This document shows, in pieces, positions 1-9,089 of a stretch of DNA of 64,000 bases. A program made the position numbers and the translations under genes. The notes beneath the pieces were generated by a model. The model saw only the letters and a list, made by a program, of their open reading frames with translations, did no database searches and was not told where the DNA came from. This stretch comes from Clostridiales bacterium (GTDB lineage: Bacteria; Bacillota; Clostridia; Clostridiales; Clostridiaceae). Numbering within the stretch: the first letter of the stretch is position 1; each line of letters starts with the position of its first letter. The stretch is from the NCBI GenBank assembly GCA_012520205.1, contig JAAYOT010000160.1, positions 14,213 through 78,212 on the forward strand, written 5' to 3'.

Positions 1-1
1 A

Positions 2-697
2 CCAGACTTTATTATAGTGGTTGCTTATGGACAAATACTAACAAAGGAAGTTTTAGATATACCTAAATATGGCTGCATAAATTTACATGCATCCCTTCTT
101 CCAAAGTATAGAGGAGCAGCTCCAATTAACTGGGCAATAATTAAAGGCGAAAAAGTATCAGGAAATACTACTATGCTAATGGATGTTGGTTTAGATACTG
201 GTGATATGCTTTTAAAGGATGAAGTAGAAATAACAGAAAATATGACTGCAGGAGAGCTTCACGATATATTAAATGAAAGAGGAGCAGAGCTTGTTATTAA
301 AACCATAGAAGGATTATTAGATAATAGTATAACACCTATTAAACAGCCAGAAGAAACAAACCTTTATGCTAAAATGTTAAATAAAGAATTAGGAAAAATA
401 GAATGGAATAATTCAGCCAAGGATATTCATAATTTAATTAGGGGACTTAATCCATGGCCAATTGCCCATACTACATATAAAGATAAAAATATGAAGATCT
501 TTGAAAGTGCTCTAGTAAATGAAAGTTCTAGTAAAGATCCAGGTACAATTATTGATGTTTCTAAAGCGGGTATTAAGGTAGCCACAGGAGAGGGTGTATT
601 ACTAATAAAAAAAATACAATTTCCTAACGGAAAGCCTTTAACAATTGAACAGTATATAAATGGTAACAAAATAGAAATAAACGAAAAGCTCGTTTAA
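2..697 (+). CDS. fmt: methionyl-tRNA formyltransferase, C-terminal part (5' end lies outside the window)
   Basis: The frame is open from base 2 ([13 protein letters not shown]...). It carries the formyltransferase core [21 protein letters not shown] and a C-terminal tRNA-binding-like domain, and is followed by rsmB as in most bacteria. Confidence 0.93.
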   Translation, partial: PDFIIVVAYGQILTKEVLDIPKYGCINLHASLLPKYRGAAPINWAIIKGEKVSGNTTMLMDVGLDTGDMLLKDEVEITENMTAGELHDILNERGAELVIKTIEGLLDNSITPIKQPEETNLYAKMLNKELGKIEWNNSAKDIHNLIRGLNPWPIAHTTYKDKNMKIFESALVNESSSKDPGTIIDVSKAGIKVATGEGVLLIKKIQFPNGKPLTIEQYINGNKIEINEKLV

Positions 698-774
698 TCT
701 AAATTCGGGGCATAATAACTATAGGCAACAATATAGTTATAAATAGCCTAATTTATAAATAAAGAGGTATAAAA

Positions 775-2094
775 ATGAACAGTAGAAGAATTGCAAGACA
801 AATTGTGCAAAGAGTTTTAGAGGAAGGAGCATATTCAAACTTAATCCTTTCTAATGAGCTTAACAATAATGAAATAAATGATAAAGACAAAGGTCTTATC
901 ACAGAAATAGTCTATGGTACCCTACGAAGAAAAGGAACTTTAGACGTATTAATAGGGAATTTTGTTAAAGATATAAAACTAATTAACAATACAACATTAA
1001 ATATACTAAGAGTTGCAATATATCAATTGTACTTTTTAGATAAAATACCTGAATATGCAGTTTGTAATGAGGCTGTAGAAGATGCTAAAGATGTTTCCGT
1101 GGAAGATTCAAAGTTAGTAAATGCTATTTTAAGAAATTACATAAAAGACGAAAAAGAAATAGTAGTTCCTGGCAATAGAATCAATGAGTTAGCTTATAAA
1201 TTTTCATTCCAGCCTTGGATGATAAGGCTTTTTATAAAGCAATATGGTGAAGAAAGAGCAATGAAATTAATGGCTGGCTTAAATGAAACGCCAAAGGTTA
1301 CGGTAAGGGTAAATGAACTTAAAGCAGATTATGAAGAAATTTATGAAAAACTAGAAGAGCTAGGTTATAACATAGAAGAAGGATATGCCTGTCCGGAAGC
1401 TATTTCAATAAAAGGTGGAAAAGGCGTAGAAGGTAATGAATTATTTAAAGAAGGTTATATTACTGTACAAGATGAAAGTGCCATGTTAGTAGCCCCTTTA
1501 CTTGATTTAAATGAGGGAGATACAGTATTAGACTTATGTGCAGCCCCTGGCGGAAAAACCACTCATATCGCTGAGTTGTTAAATAATACAGGAAGGGTTT
1601 TAGCCTTCGATTTACACGAAAATAAATTATCTCTTATAAAAGAAAATGCAGAAAGATTAGGATTAAGCAACATAGAATGCCATCAAATGGATGCAACAAA
1701 ATTAAATACTAATTATATTAACTCTGCAGATAAAGTATTAATTGACGTACCTTGCTCTGGCCTTGGTATTATTAGAAAGAAACCAGAAATAAAATGGAAT
1801 AAAACAAGACAGCAATTAAAAGATTTAGTTTTTATTCAGAGAGAGATAATGGAAAATGCATGGGAATACTTAAAACCAGAAGGAACTCTTATTTATTCTA
1901 CATGTACTTTAAATAAAGAAGAAAATGAAGAAAATATCCAATGGTTTTTATCTAAATATAAAAATGCAGAAATAGAAAAAGTATTTATCGGTAAAAATAA
2001 TAACTTTTTATATAGTAAAGAAGGCTGTTTAACAATATTACCAAATGAATCAATGGACGGTTTCTTTATAACAAAAATAAAGAAGAAAAAATAG
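775..2094 (+). CDS. rsmB: 16S rRNA (cytosine967-C5)-methyltransferase
   Basis: 439-aa ORF with a NusB-like N-terminus and SAM-methyltransferase motifs (DLCAAPGGKT, IDVPCSGLG, YSTCT). It keeps the conserved position after fmt. Confidence 0.92.
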   Translation: MNSRRIARQIVQRVLEEGAYSNLILSNELNNNEINDKDKGLITEIVYGTLRRKGTLDVLIGNFVKDIKLINNTTLNILRVAIYQLYFLDKIPEYAVCNEAVEDAKDVSVEDSKLVNAILRNYIKDEKEIVVPGNRINELAYKFSFQPWMIRLFIKQYGEERAMKLMAGLNETPKVTVRVNELKADYEEIYEKLEELGYNIEEGYACPEAISIKGGKGVEGNELFKEGYITVQDESAMLVAPLLDLNEGDTVLDLCAAPGGKTTHIAELLNNTGRVLAFDLHENKLSLIKENAERLGLSNIECHQMDATKLNTNYINSADKVLIDVPCSGLGIIRKKPEIKWNKTRQQLKDLVFIQREIMENAWEYLKPEGTLIYSTCTLNKEENEENIQWFLSKYKNAEIEKVFIGKNNNFLYSKEGCLTILPNESMDGFFITKIKKKK

Positions 2095-2103
2095 GTGATA
2101 TAA

Positions 2104-3135
2104 ATGGAGAATATATTAAATTACAGCTTAGAAGAACTTTCAAAATGGATGAAGGAAAATAAGGAAAGTGGATTTAGGGCAAAGCAGGTATTTTCATGGA
2201 TATATAAAGGTGTTTGGAAATTTACAGATATGAGAAATTTACCAAAGGCCACTATAGAGAAACTTAATAATAGTTTTTCTATAGAAATACCAAAAATTGT
2301 TCAAAAATATGAATCTAATTTAGATAATACTAATAAGTTCTTATTTGCTTTCAATGATGGTAACATCATTGAAAGCGTAGTTATGAGGTATAAACATGGG
2401 AATTCAATTTGTATATCTACTCAAATAGGCTGTAGAATGGGGTGTAAATTTTGTGCATCTACCTTAGAAGGAAGAATAAGAAATCTTACAGCTGGTGAAA
2501 TGTTAGCACAAGTTATTTTAGCCCAAGATACAATTGGAGAAAGAATATCAAATATTGTTTTAATGGGCAGTGGAGAACCCCTTGATAATTATGATAATGT
2601 TACTAAGTTTATAGAGTTAGTAAATGCTGATTATGGCTTAAATATTGGACAAAGACATATAACTTTATCAACCTGTGGATTAGTGCCTAAAATATATGAG
2701 CTGGCTGATAAAGGCTATAGTATTACACTTGCAATTTCATTACATGCATCAAATGATGAAAGAAGAAGAGAAATAATGCCAATTGCAAATAAATATTCAA
2801 TAGATGAAATACTAAAAGCCTGTGATTACTATATAGGAAAAACTAAAAGACGTATAACCTTTGAGTATTCTCTAGTTTCAGGAGTAAACGACAGTATAGA
2901 TGATGCTAATGAACTATCTGAATTATTAAAAGGAAGGCTATGCCATGTAAATCTTATTCCGGTAAATGAAATTAAAGAAAATACATTAAGAAGACCTTCC
3001 AAAAAAACCATAGAAGAATTTGAAAAAACACTTAATAAACATAAAATTGAAGTAACAGTTAGAAGAGAAATGGGTAGTGACATTGATGCTGCTTGTGGTC
3101 AGTTAAGGAGAAAATACTTAAAAGGCGGAAATTAA
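2104..3135 (+). CDS. rlmN: 23S rRNA/tRNA adenine-C2 methyltransferase (radical SAM)
   Basis: 343 aa with the radical-SAM cluster motif [14 protein letters not shown], and a C-terminal catalytic Cys context (DIDAACGQL). Confidence 0.93.
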   Translation: MENILNYSLEELSKWMKENKESGFRAKQVFSWIYKGVWKFTDMRNLPKATIEKLNNSFSIEIPKIVQKYESNLDNTNKFLFAFNDGNIIESVVMRYKHGNSICISTQIGCRMGCKFCASTLEGRIRNLTAGEMLAQVILAQDTIGERISNIVLMGSGEPLDNYDNVTKFIELVNADYGLNIGQRHITLSTCGLVPKIYELADKGYSITLAISLHASNDERRREIMPIANKYSIDEILKACDYYIGKTKRRITFEYSLVSGVNDSIDDANELSELLKGRLCHVNLIPVNEIKENTLRRPSKKTIEEFEKTLNKHKIEVTVRREMGSDIDAACGQLRRKYLKGGN

Positions 3136-3148
3136 GGGAGTGGGATGT

Positions 3149-3868
3149 ATGGTTGGTGTAAAAACTGATTTAGGTAATATAAGAAGCTTAAATGAGGATT
3201 ATTTTGAATTTTATGAGAATGAAGATTTTAAGATTTACGTTGTTGCAGATGGGATGGGGGGCCATAATGCTGGTGAAATTGCTAGTAAAACAGCAGGCAA
3301 ATCCCTAGTAGAATATATAAAAAATAATTATAAAGATGAAAAGGATAAAGATCTATTAAAGTCTGCAATAGAATATGCTAATAAACAGGTTTATGATTTA
3401 GCATATAAAGATGAAACTTATAATGGTATGGGAACAACATTAGTAGCCTGCTATATAACAAAAGAATTAGTTCAGGTAGCTAATGTTGGAGATAGCGCTT
3501 GTTTTGGAATTAATGATAAGGAAATTGATAAAATAACAAAGGATCATTCTTTAGTACAAGAACTTCTTGACTCTGGAAGTATTTCAAAGGAAGAGGCGGA
3601 AAATCATCCAAATAAAAATATAATTACAAGAGCTATAGGAACAGATAAAAAAGTAGAGATAGATGTGTTTAATATTGAAAAATCAAAATATAATTTATTC
3701 ATATTATGCACTGATGGATTAACTAATGAAGTAAGTTTAGAAGAATTATCAAAGGAATTAGAAAATAACGGGGATTTACAAAGTATATGTGAAAATCTTG
3801 TGGATTTAGCAAAGAAAAATGGTGGAAGAGATAATATAACAGTGATGTTACTTGGAGGAGAGGTGTAA
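3149..3868 (+). CDS. stp: PP2C-family Ser/Thr protein phosphatase
   Basis: PP2C motifs ADGMGGH, LCTDGL and GGRDNIT. ATG 3149 lies 8 nt after AAGGGAG, whereas the ORF-track GTG 3140 abuts that SD. It forms the classic pair with the kinase gene that follows. Confidence 0.9.
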   Translation: MVGVKTDLGNIRSLNEDYFEFYENEDFKIYVVADGMGGHNAGEIASKTAGKSLVEYIKNNYKDEKDKDLLKSAIEYANKQVYDLAYKDETYNGMGTTLVACYITKELVQVANVGDSACFGINDKEIDKITKDHSLVQELLDSGSISKEEAENHPNKNIITRAIGTDKKVEIDVFNIEKSKYNLFILCTDGLTNEVSLEELSKELENNGDLQSICENLVDLAKKNGGRDNITVMLLGGEV

Positions 3869-3869
3869 T

Positions 3870-5822
3870 ATGATAGGAGTAATTCTTGGTGGAAGATATG
3901 AGATCCTAGAAAAAGTTGGGGAAGGAGGCATGTCTGAAGTATTTAAGGCTAAGTGCCATAAATTAAATAGATATGTTGCCATAAAAATACTTAAGAAGCA
4001 ATTTGCTAACAATGAAGAAATATCACAAAAATTTAAAAAGGAAGCTACTGCTATTGCAACTTTATCAGATGCAAATATTGTTAATATTCTAGATGTTGGT
4101 ACACAAGAAGGTATAGATTATATAATAATGGAGTATATAAGTGGAAAGACATTAAAGGATTTAATTAATTCTAATGGAAAACTGCCATATACTACGGCTA
4201 TTAATATTGCTTTGCAAATTGCTAAGGCTTTAGATTGTGCCCATAGAAATAATGTAATCCATAGAGATATAAAGCCACAAAACATTTTAGTTACTGAATC
4301 AGGGGAAATAAAAGTTACGGATTTTGGAATAGCTAAATCAGCAGATTCACAAACAATAACCAATACCACCAGTGTTATTGGTTCAGCACACTATCTTTCA
4401 CCAGAACAAGCTAGAGGCACATATATAGATTTTAGAACTGATATTTATTCCCTTGGAATAGTTTTATATGAAATGGTAACAGGAGTTTTACCTTTTGAGG
4501 GGGATTCACCAGTTACAGTAGCCTTAAAACATATACAAGAAGAGCCTATTCCTCCTAAGAACTTAAATTCATCAGTACCTTCAAGTTTAAATAATTTGAT
4601 TTTAAAAGCGACTCAAAAAGAGCCAATAAAAAGATATGAAAATGCAAAGGAACTAATTCAAGATTTAAATAAAATAAAAGAAAATCCTGATGTTATAATT
4701 GGTGAATATAAGGAAACAAATGATGAAAGAACAATCGTTATGTCACCTATCTTAGGAAAAAGTCAAAGTAAGAAAGAAGAAATATATGATGAAGATGATG
4801 ACTACGAAGATGATGACTATTATGACGATGAAGAATATGATGAAGAAGATTTAGAGGAAAAGCCAAAAAAGAATAATAATATTAAAAAGAAAGTTTTTAT
4901 AACTATAGGTTCCATATTAACTATACTTATCCTTTTATTTGTTGGTTATTCTCTAGCTGTTGGAGGGGGAAACTCTGAGGTAGAAGTTCCTAATATTGTT
5001 GGCAAAAATGCAAATGATGCTGCTAAGGAGTTAGAGAAAATAGGCTTAAGATTAGAGATAACAAAAACTGAAATAAGTGATGAAGAGGAAAATACGATTT
5101 TAAGTGCAGACCCTAAGGAAGGTACTAAGGTTAAGAAAAATTCTAGCGTAAAAGTAGTAGTTTCCGGAGGAGAAGAAACTTATAATATGCCAGACTTTAG
5201 AAATTATGAAGTTTCTAATATTAAGCAGATATTGGAGAGTCAAGGATTCACTAACTATACTATTTCAGAAGAATTTAGTGTTGATGTTGATTATGGATAT
5301 TTAATAAGACAAAATCCAGCAGCAAAAACAGAAATTAAGAAGGATACTCCAATTCAAATCTTTATTAGTAAAGGACCAGAAATTAAACTAGTTGATGTAC
5401 CAAGTGTTGTTGGTAAGGCTGAAGGTGATGGAAAGGGAGAATTGGAAGCCTTAAAATTAACTGTATCCGTAGAGACTAAAACAACTCATGATAAGGCAGA
5501 AGATGGTATTATTTTAGCGCAATCAATTTCTGGCAATAAAGTAGAAGAAGGAACTCCAATTACTTTAATTGTAGGTAAGTTTGAAGAAAGAACTATTGAT
5601 GTTAGAAATGAAATAGGCTTAAGTGAAGGACAGACACTTTCAGTTGCTAAGGCAAGGCTTGAAGTGGCTGGTTTAGGTATAGATATTAAGGGACCAAAAG
5701 ATGATGATGCAATAGTTACATCCTTTACCGAATCAGTTAAGGAAGGTGAAACTGTTACCCTTAATACAGAAAAAGAAAAAAAACAGGATGAAGAAAAAGA
5801 GGAAAAGAAACCAGAACACTAA
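3870..5822 (+). CDS. prkC: Ser/Thr protein kinase with extracellular PASTA repeats
   Basis: Hanks kinase motifs (GEGGMSEV, VAIK, HRDIKPQN, DFG, SPE), one TM helix (VFITIGSILTILILLFVGY), and three PASTA-like repeats. ATG 3870 is preceded by GGAGGAGAGG and overlaps the stp stop codon. Confidence 0.93.
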   Translation: MIGVILGGRYEILEKVGEGGMSEVFKAKCHKLNRYVAIKILKKQFANNEEISQKFKKEATAIATLSDANIVNILDVGTQEGIDYIIMEYISGKTLKDLINSNGKLPYTTAINIALQIAKALDCAHRNNVIHRDIKPQNILVTESGEIKVTDFGIAKSADSQTITNTTSVIGSAHYLSPEQARGTYIDFRTDIYSLGIVLYEMVTGVLPFEGDSPVTVALKHIQEEPIPPKNLNSSVPSSLNNLILKATQKEPIKRYENAKELIQDLNKIKENPDVIIGEYKETNDERTIVMSPILGKSQSKKEEIYDEDDDYEDDDYYDDEEYDEEDLEEKPKKNNNIKKKVFITIGSILTILILLFVGYSLAVGGGNSEVEVPNIVGKNANDAAKELEKIGLRLEITKTEISDEEENTILSADPKEGTKVKKNSSVKVVVSGGEETYNMPDFRNYEVSNIKQILESQGFTNYTISEEFSVDVDYGYLIRQNPAAKTEIKKDTPIQIFISKGPEIKLVDVPSVVGKAEGDGKGELEALKLTVSVETKTTHDKAEDGIILAQSISGNKVEEGTPITLIVGKFEERTIDVRNEIGLSEGQTLSVAKARLEVAGLGIDIKGPKDDDAIVTSFTESVKEGETVTLNTEKEKKQDEEKEEKKPEH

Positions 5823-5850
5823 AAAAATCAGCCAAAAGGCTGATTTTTTT
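5823..5850 (+). terminator. intrinsic terminator after prkC
   Basis: AAAAATCAGCC-AAAA-GGCTGATTTTT hairpin running into a T-run, directly after the prkC stop. Confidence 0.8.
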
Positions 5851-5925
5851 ATAAAATATATTTGCAATTTTTCATAGAATCTGGTTATTATAAATAGAAA
5901 AGAAAAATATATTTTTGGAGGCAAT

Positions 5926-6795
5926 ATGGAAGGAAAAATAGTAAAAGGTATTGGTGGATTTTACTATGTAAAAACTAATGAAGGTATAATTGAATGTAAA
6001 GCAAGAGGAATATTTAGGCACAAAGATTTAAAACCTGTAGTTGGAGATGATGTTACAATAGAAGTTTCCAATGGAAAGGGAGTAATCAATGATATAAAAG
6101 AGAGAAAATCCTATCTTGAGAGACCAACAGTTTCAAATGTTACTCAGGCCTTTGTTGTCTTTGCAATTAAAAATCCAGATTTAAATTATGATTTGCTAAA
6201 CAGATTTCTAATTATTTGTGAATATAATAATATAAAGGCTGTAGTTTGTTTAAATAAAGTAGATTTAGCTAACGAGGAAGAAAAAAAGGAAGTCCAAAGA
6301 AAAATTAATGATATTGGGTATGAGGTACTCTTTATTAATGCTAAAAAGGGAGAAGGAATAGAACTGCTTAAGAAAAAACTAAAAAACAATGTTACAGTCT
6401 TATGCGGTCCTTCAGGAGCAGGTAAATCAACCTTAATAAATACCTTAATAAATAGAAACCATATGGAAACTGGTGTTGTTTCCGAAAAAATTGGAAGAGG
6501 TAAACATACAACAAGGCATAGTGAGCTTATTGAAATAGAAGAAGGATATTTAGTAGATAGCCCTGGATTTTCTAGCATAACAATTGACTTTATAGAGGAA
6601 GAAGAACTAAAATATTGTTTTCCTGAATTTAATGAATATAGTAATGAGTGTAAGTTTAGGGGCTGTCTTCATTATAAGGAGCCTGGATGTGCATTAAAAA
6701 ATGCATTGGAAGATGGAAAAGTTAATGAATATAGATATAATTTTTATATAAGACTTTTAGAAGAAATAAAAGATAGGAGGAAGAACAAATGGTAA
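5926..6795 (+). CDS. rsgA: ribosome small-subunit-dependent GTPase A
   Basis: Circularly permuted GTPase (NKVDL ... [12 protein letters not shown]) with a C-terminal zinc motif [14 protein letters not shown]. Confidence 0.93.
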   Translation: MEGKIVKGIGGFYYVKTNEGIIECKARGIFRHKDLKPVVGDDVTIEVSNGKGVINDIKERKSYLERPTVSNVTQAFVVFAIKNPDLNYDLLNRFLIICEYNNIKAVVCLNKVDLANEEEKKEVQRKINDIGYEVLFINAKKGEGIELLKKKLKNNVTVLCGPSGAGKSTLINTLINRNHMETGVVSEKIGRGKHTTRHSELIEIEEGYLVDSPGFSSITIDFIEEEELKYCFPEFNEYSNECKFRGCLHYKEPGCALKNALEDGKVNEYRYNFYIRLLEEIKDRRKNKW

Positions 6796-7436
6796 AGGTT
6801 TCACCATCAATTTTATCAGCAGATTTTTCAAAATTAGGAGAGGATATAGTAAGGTTAGATAAGGCAGGTGCAGAATTTATTCATATAGACGTTATGGATG
6901 GAAATTTTGTACCTAATATAAGCCTTGGACTGCCTGTAATAAAGTCCATAAGAAATAAAACAACTAAGGTTTTTGATGTGCATTTAATGATTGAAAACCC
7001 TTCAAGATATATAGATGATTTTATAGAAGCAGGTGCAGATCTAATAACTATACATTATGAAGCAGAAAAACATATAGACAGAGCAATAGATTATATAAAA
7101 TCAAAAGGAAAAAAGGTAGGAGTTTCATTAAATCCAGGAACACCAACCTTTGTATTAAAAGATATAATAAGCAAATTAGATTTAGTTTTAATAATGTCTG
7201 TAAATCCAGGTTTTGGAGGACAAAAATTTATACCTTATTCAATAGATAAAATAAAAGAAGTTAAAGAAATGAGTAATAAAGTAAATCCTAACCTATTAAT
7301 TGAAGTAGATGGAGGAGTAGATAAAAATAATTCTAAAGACCTTATTAAGGCAGGAGCTAATGTATTAGTTGCAGGTTCAGCTATTTTTAATAATGGTAAT
7401 ATAGAAGAAAATATAAAAGATTTAAGAGGAGAATAA
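6789..7436 (+). CDS. rpe: ribulose-phosphate 3-epimerase
   Basis: 215 aa with [28 protein letters not shown] and VDGG motifs. It overlaps the rsgA stop by 7 nt. Confidence 0.95.
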   Translation: MVKVSPSILSADFSKLGEDIVRLDKAGAEFIHIDVMDGNFVPNISLGLPVIKSIRNKTTKVFDVHLMIENPSRYIDDFIEAGADLITIHYEAEKHIDRAIDYIKSKGKKVGVSLNPGTPTFVLKDIISKLDLVLIMSVNPGFGGQKFIPYSIDKIKEVKEMSNKVNPNLLIEVDGGVDKNNSKDLIKAGANVLVAGSAIFNNGNIEENIKDLRGE

Positions 7437-7437
7437 A

Positions 7438-8073
7438 ATGAAAGCCTTGATAGTAAGTGGTGGTAATCCGCCAAGTTATGAGCTTTTAAAGGAAAATTTA
7501 AAGGATTCCAACTTATTAATTGGGGTTGACAAGGGTTGTGATATCCTACGTCAATATGAAATACAGCCAGATTATATATTGGGAGATTTTGATTCTGCAG
7601 ATAGTATAACTTTAAATTACTTTGAAAAATTAGGAACTAAAAAAATTAAATTAAAAATAGAAAAAGATGATACTGATAGTAAGGCTGCTTTAGATTTCGC
7701 TATGGAAAAGGGTGCTAAGTACATAACTTTTCTTGGTGCTACTGGAACAAGATTAGATCATACCTTAAGTAATTTAGGTCTTATGTTTCAAGGACTTGAA
7801 AAAGGTGTATTTGTAGCTATAGAAGATGAGCATAATAAAGTATTTTTAACAAAAGAAGATATTACAATAAAGGGCGCAAGGGGACAAATTGTTTCCTTTA
7901 AAGCCTTTTCTGAAACAGTAAAAAATCTTTCCATAAAAGGCGCTAAATATGAACTTAACAATTACAATCTAAAAATAGAAGATGGAATTACAACTTCAAA
8001 TGAATTTTTAGATAAAGATATTGAATTAAAGTTTGATAATGGAGTTTTAATGATTTTATATTCAAAAGATTAA
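7438..8073 (+). CDS. thiN: thiamine diphosphokinase
   Basis: 211 aa with a GDFDS motif and TPK catalytic plus B1-binding layout. It occupies the same slot as B. subtilis yloS/thiN after rpe. Confidence 0.88.
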   Translation: MKALIVSGGNPPSYELLKENLKDSNLLIGVDKGCDILRQYEIQPDYILGDFDSADSITLNYFEKLGTKKIKLKIEKDDTDSKAALDFAMEKGAKYITFLGATGTRLDHTLSNLGLMFQGLEKGVFVAIEDEHNKVFLTKEDITIKGARGQIVSFKAFSETVKNLSIKGAKYELNNYNLKIEDGITTSNEFLDKDIELKFDNGVLMILYSKD

Positions 8074-8147
8074 ATAAAAGAAGCACTTATTTTCTTTATC
8101 TGCATAAAATGTATATAAAGAGGTAAGTGTTTTTTTAGGAGGTAAAA

Positions 8148-8219
8148 ATGAAAATAGTTGCAATAAAGTTACCTAAATTCATATCAAACTTTATAAAGTT
8201 TTTTAGAAGAAAAAAATAA
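8148..8219 (+). CDS. spoVM: stage V sporulation protein M (23-aa micro-protein, absent from the ORF track)
   Basis: AGGAGGT (8137-8143) is followed by ATG 8148. The peptide MKIVAIKLPKFISNFIKFFRRKK shares the IKLPKF core and basic tail of B. subtilis SpoVM. It lies between thiN and rpmB, as spoVM does in B. subtilis. Confidence 0.85.
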   Translation: MKIVAIKLPKFISNFIKFFRRKK

Positions 8220-8261
8220 TCCTACATATGAAAAATAGGACATAAATAATTTTCTTAAAAT

Positions 8262-8293
8262 AAAAAATGCAATTGATATCAATTGCATTTTTT
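8262..8293. terminator. bidirectional intrinsic terminator between spoVM (+) and rpmB (-)
   Basis: Perfect palindrome GCAATTGAT/ATCAATTGC, flanked by an A-run on the 5' side and a T-run on the 3' side. Confidence 0.8.
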
Positions 8294-8300
8294 ATTTGAA

Positions 8301-8492
8301 CTATATTGCTCTTTGAACCTTTCCAGATCTAAGGCATCTTGTACATACATGAACTGTTTTTGGTGTTCCGTTAACTAAAGCCTTTACTCTCTTTATGTTA
8401 GGAGCCCAAGTTCTCTTTGATTGACGATGTGAGTGGGAGTATTGAGTTCCTGAAATAACTCCTTTATCACAAATTTCGCATCTTCTTGCCAC
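8301..8492 (-). CDS. rpmB: 50S ribosomal protein L28
   Basis: 63 aa, MARRCEICDKG...HVCTRCLRSGKV. GTG start lies 7 nt after AGGAGGTG on the minus strand. Confidence 0.95.
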   Translation of the reverse strand: MARRCEICDKGVISGTQYSHSHRQSKRTWAPNIKRVKALVNGTPKTVHVCTRCLRSGKVQRAI

Positions 8493-8669
8493 TTGAAAAC
8501 ACCTCCTTATTTTCGAAGATAAATTCTCTTCAATAGGACAGAATAAATTTTAACATAACTACCATAATAAAAGCAATAGAAAAGAAGAAAAAAAGAAAAA
8601 ACTTTTAATTTATAGAAAAATTTATATAGTAAATAACATTATCATATAATACATATGTATAATATTTAC

Positions 8670-8698
8670 TTGAATAATGGAAATAAGTAATATAAAAT
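8670..8698 (+). promoter_or_regulatory. candidate sigma-A promoter for the asp23-fakA-like operon
   Basis: TTGAAT - 17 nt - TAAAAT. It covers the ORF-track ATG 8677, which argues for the downstream start at 8731. Confidence 0.5.
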
Positions 8699-8730
8699 AT
8701 AGTGTAAGGAAATGTAAAGGAGGATTCTGT

Positions 8731-9078
8731 ATGGTAGGATATTCAAACGAAATTGGAAATATACAATACTCTGAAGAGGTACTTGCTAAAATAGTTGGTT
8801 TATCAACTATGGAATGCTATGGAGTAGTTGGTATGGTTTCTAAGAATGCAACTGAAGGCTTATGGGAATTAATGAGAATAGAAAATTTAAGTAAGGGTGT
8901 AAAATTAAAGTTTAATGATAATAAATTAGTAATAGAATTATTTGTTATGGTAGAATACGGAACAAAAATTTCTGTAATAGCAAGTAATATTATACAAAAG
9001 GTACGTTATAGTGTAGAAAACTTTACTGGATTAAAAGTTTCATCTGTTACAGTAAATGTTCAAGCAGTTAGAGTCTAG
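8731..9078 (+). CDS. Asp23/Gls24-family envelope stress protein (YloU-like)
   Basis: ATG 8731 follows AAAGGAGG. The product MVGYSNEIGNIQYSEEVLAKIVG... matches the Asp23 family pattern, and it is paired with a DAK2 gene as in Bacillus and Staphylococcus. Confidence 0.88.
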   Translation: MVGYSNEIGNIQYSEEVLAKIVGLSTMECYGVVGMVSKNATEGLWELMRIENLSKGVKLKFNDNKLVIELFVMVEYGTKISVIASNIIQKVRYSVENFTGLKVSSVTVNVQAVRV

Positions 9079-9089
9079 GAGGTAAAAAG

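Noticed and set aside
427-669. Antisense ORFs of 60-150 aa are embedded in well-supported genes. Examples are 427-669, 2829-3083, 4118-4369, 6186-6578, 9452-9832, 9911-10150, 14758-15192, 18768-19013, 19152-19466, 24795-25142, 25938-26378, 26598-26993, 33420-33758, 34648-35100, 43185-43421, 46696-46968, 52373-52639, 58066-58401, 62712-62933 and 63522-63818.
   Set aside because: Each lies entirely opposite a gene with clear family motifs. Their products are S/L/F/I-rich low-complexity strings, as expected from the reverse complement of K/E/D-rich AT-biased coding sequence. None has a convincing SD.
3852-3869. N-terminal extensions are implied by ORF-track starts for prkC 3852, asp23 8677, the hypothetical at 13956, pta 17164, yceD 19578, acpP 21414, topA 37283, codY 39520, rpsB 40507, pyrH 42288, uppS 43622, rseP 46628, infB 51165, ymxH 60535 and tepA 62131.
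   Set aside because: The upstream candidate starts lack an SD, abut or contain the SD of a downstream start, or overlap the preceding gene or promoter. The downstream starts give canonical family N-termini with 5-9 nt SD spacing.
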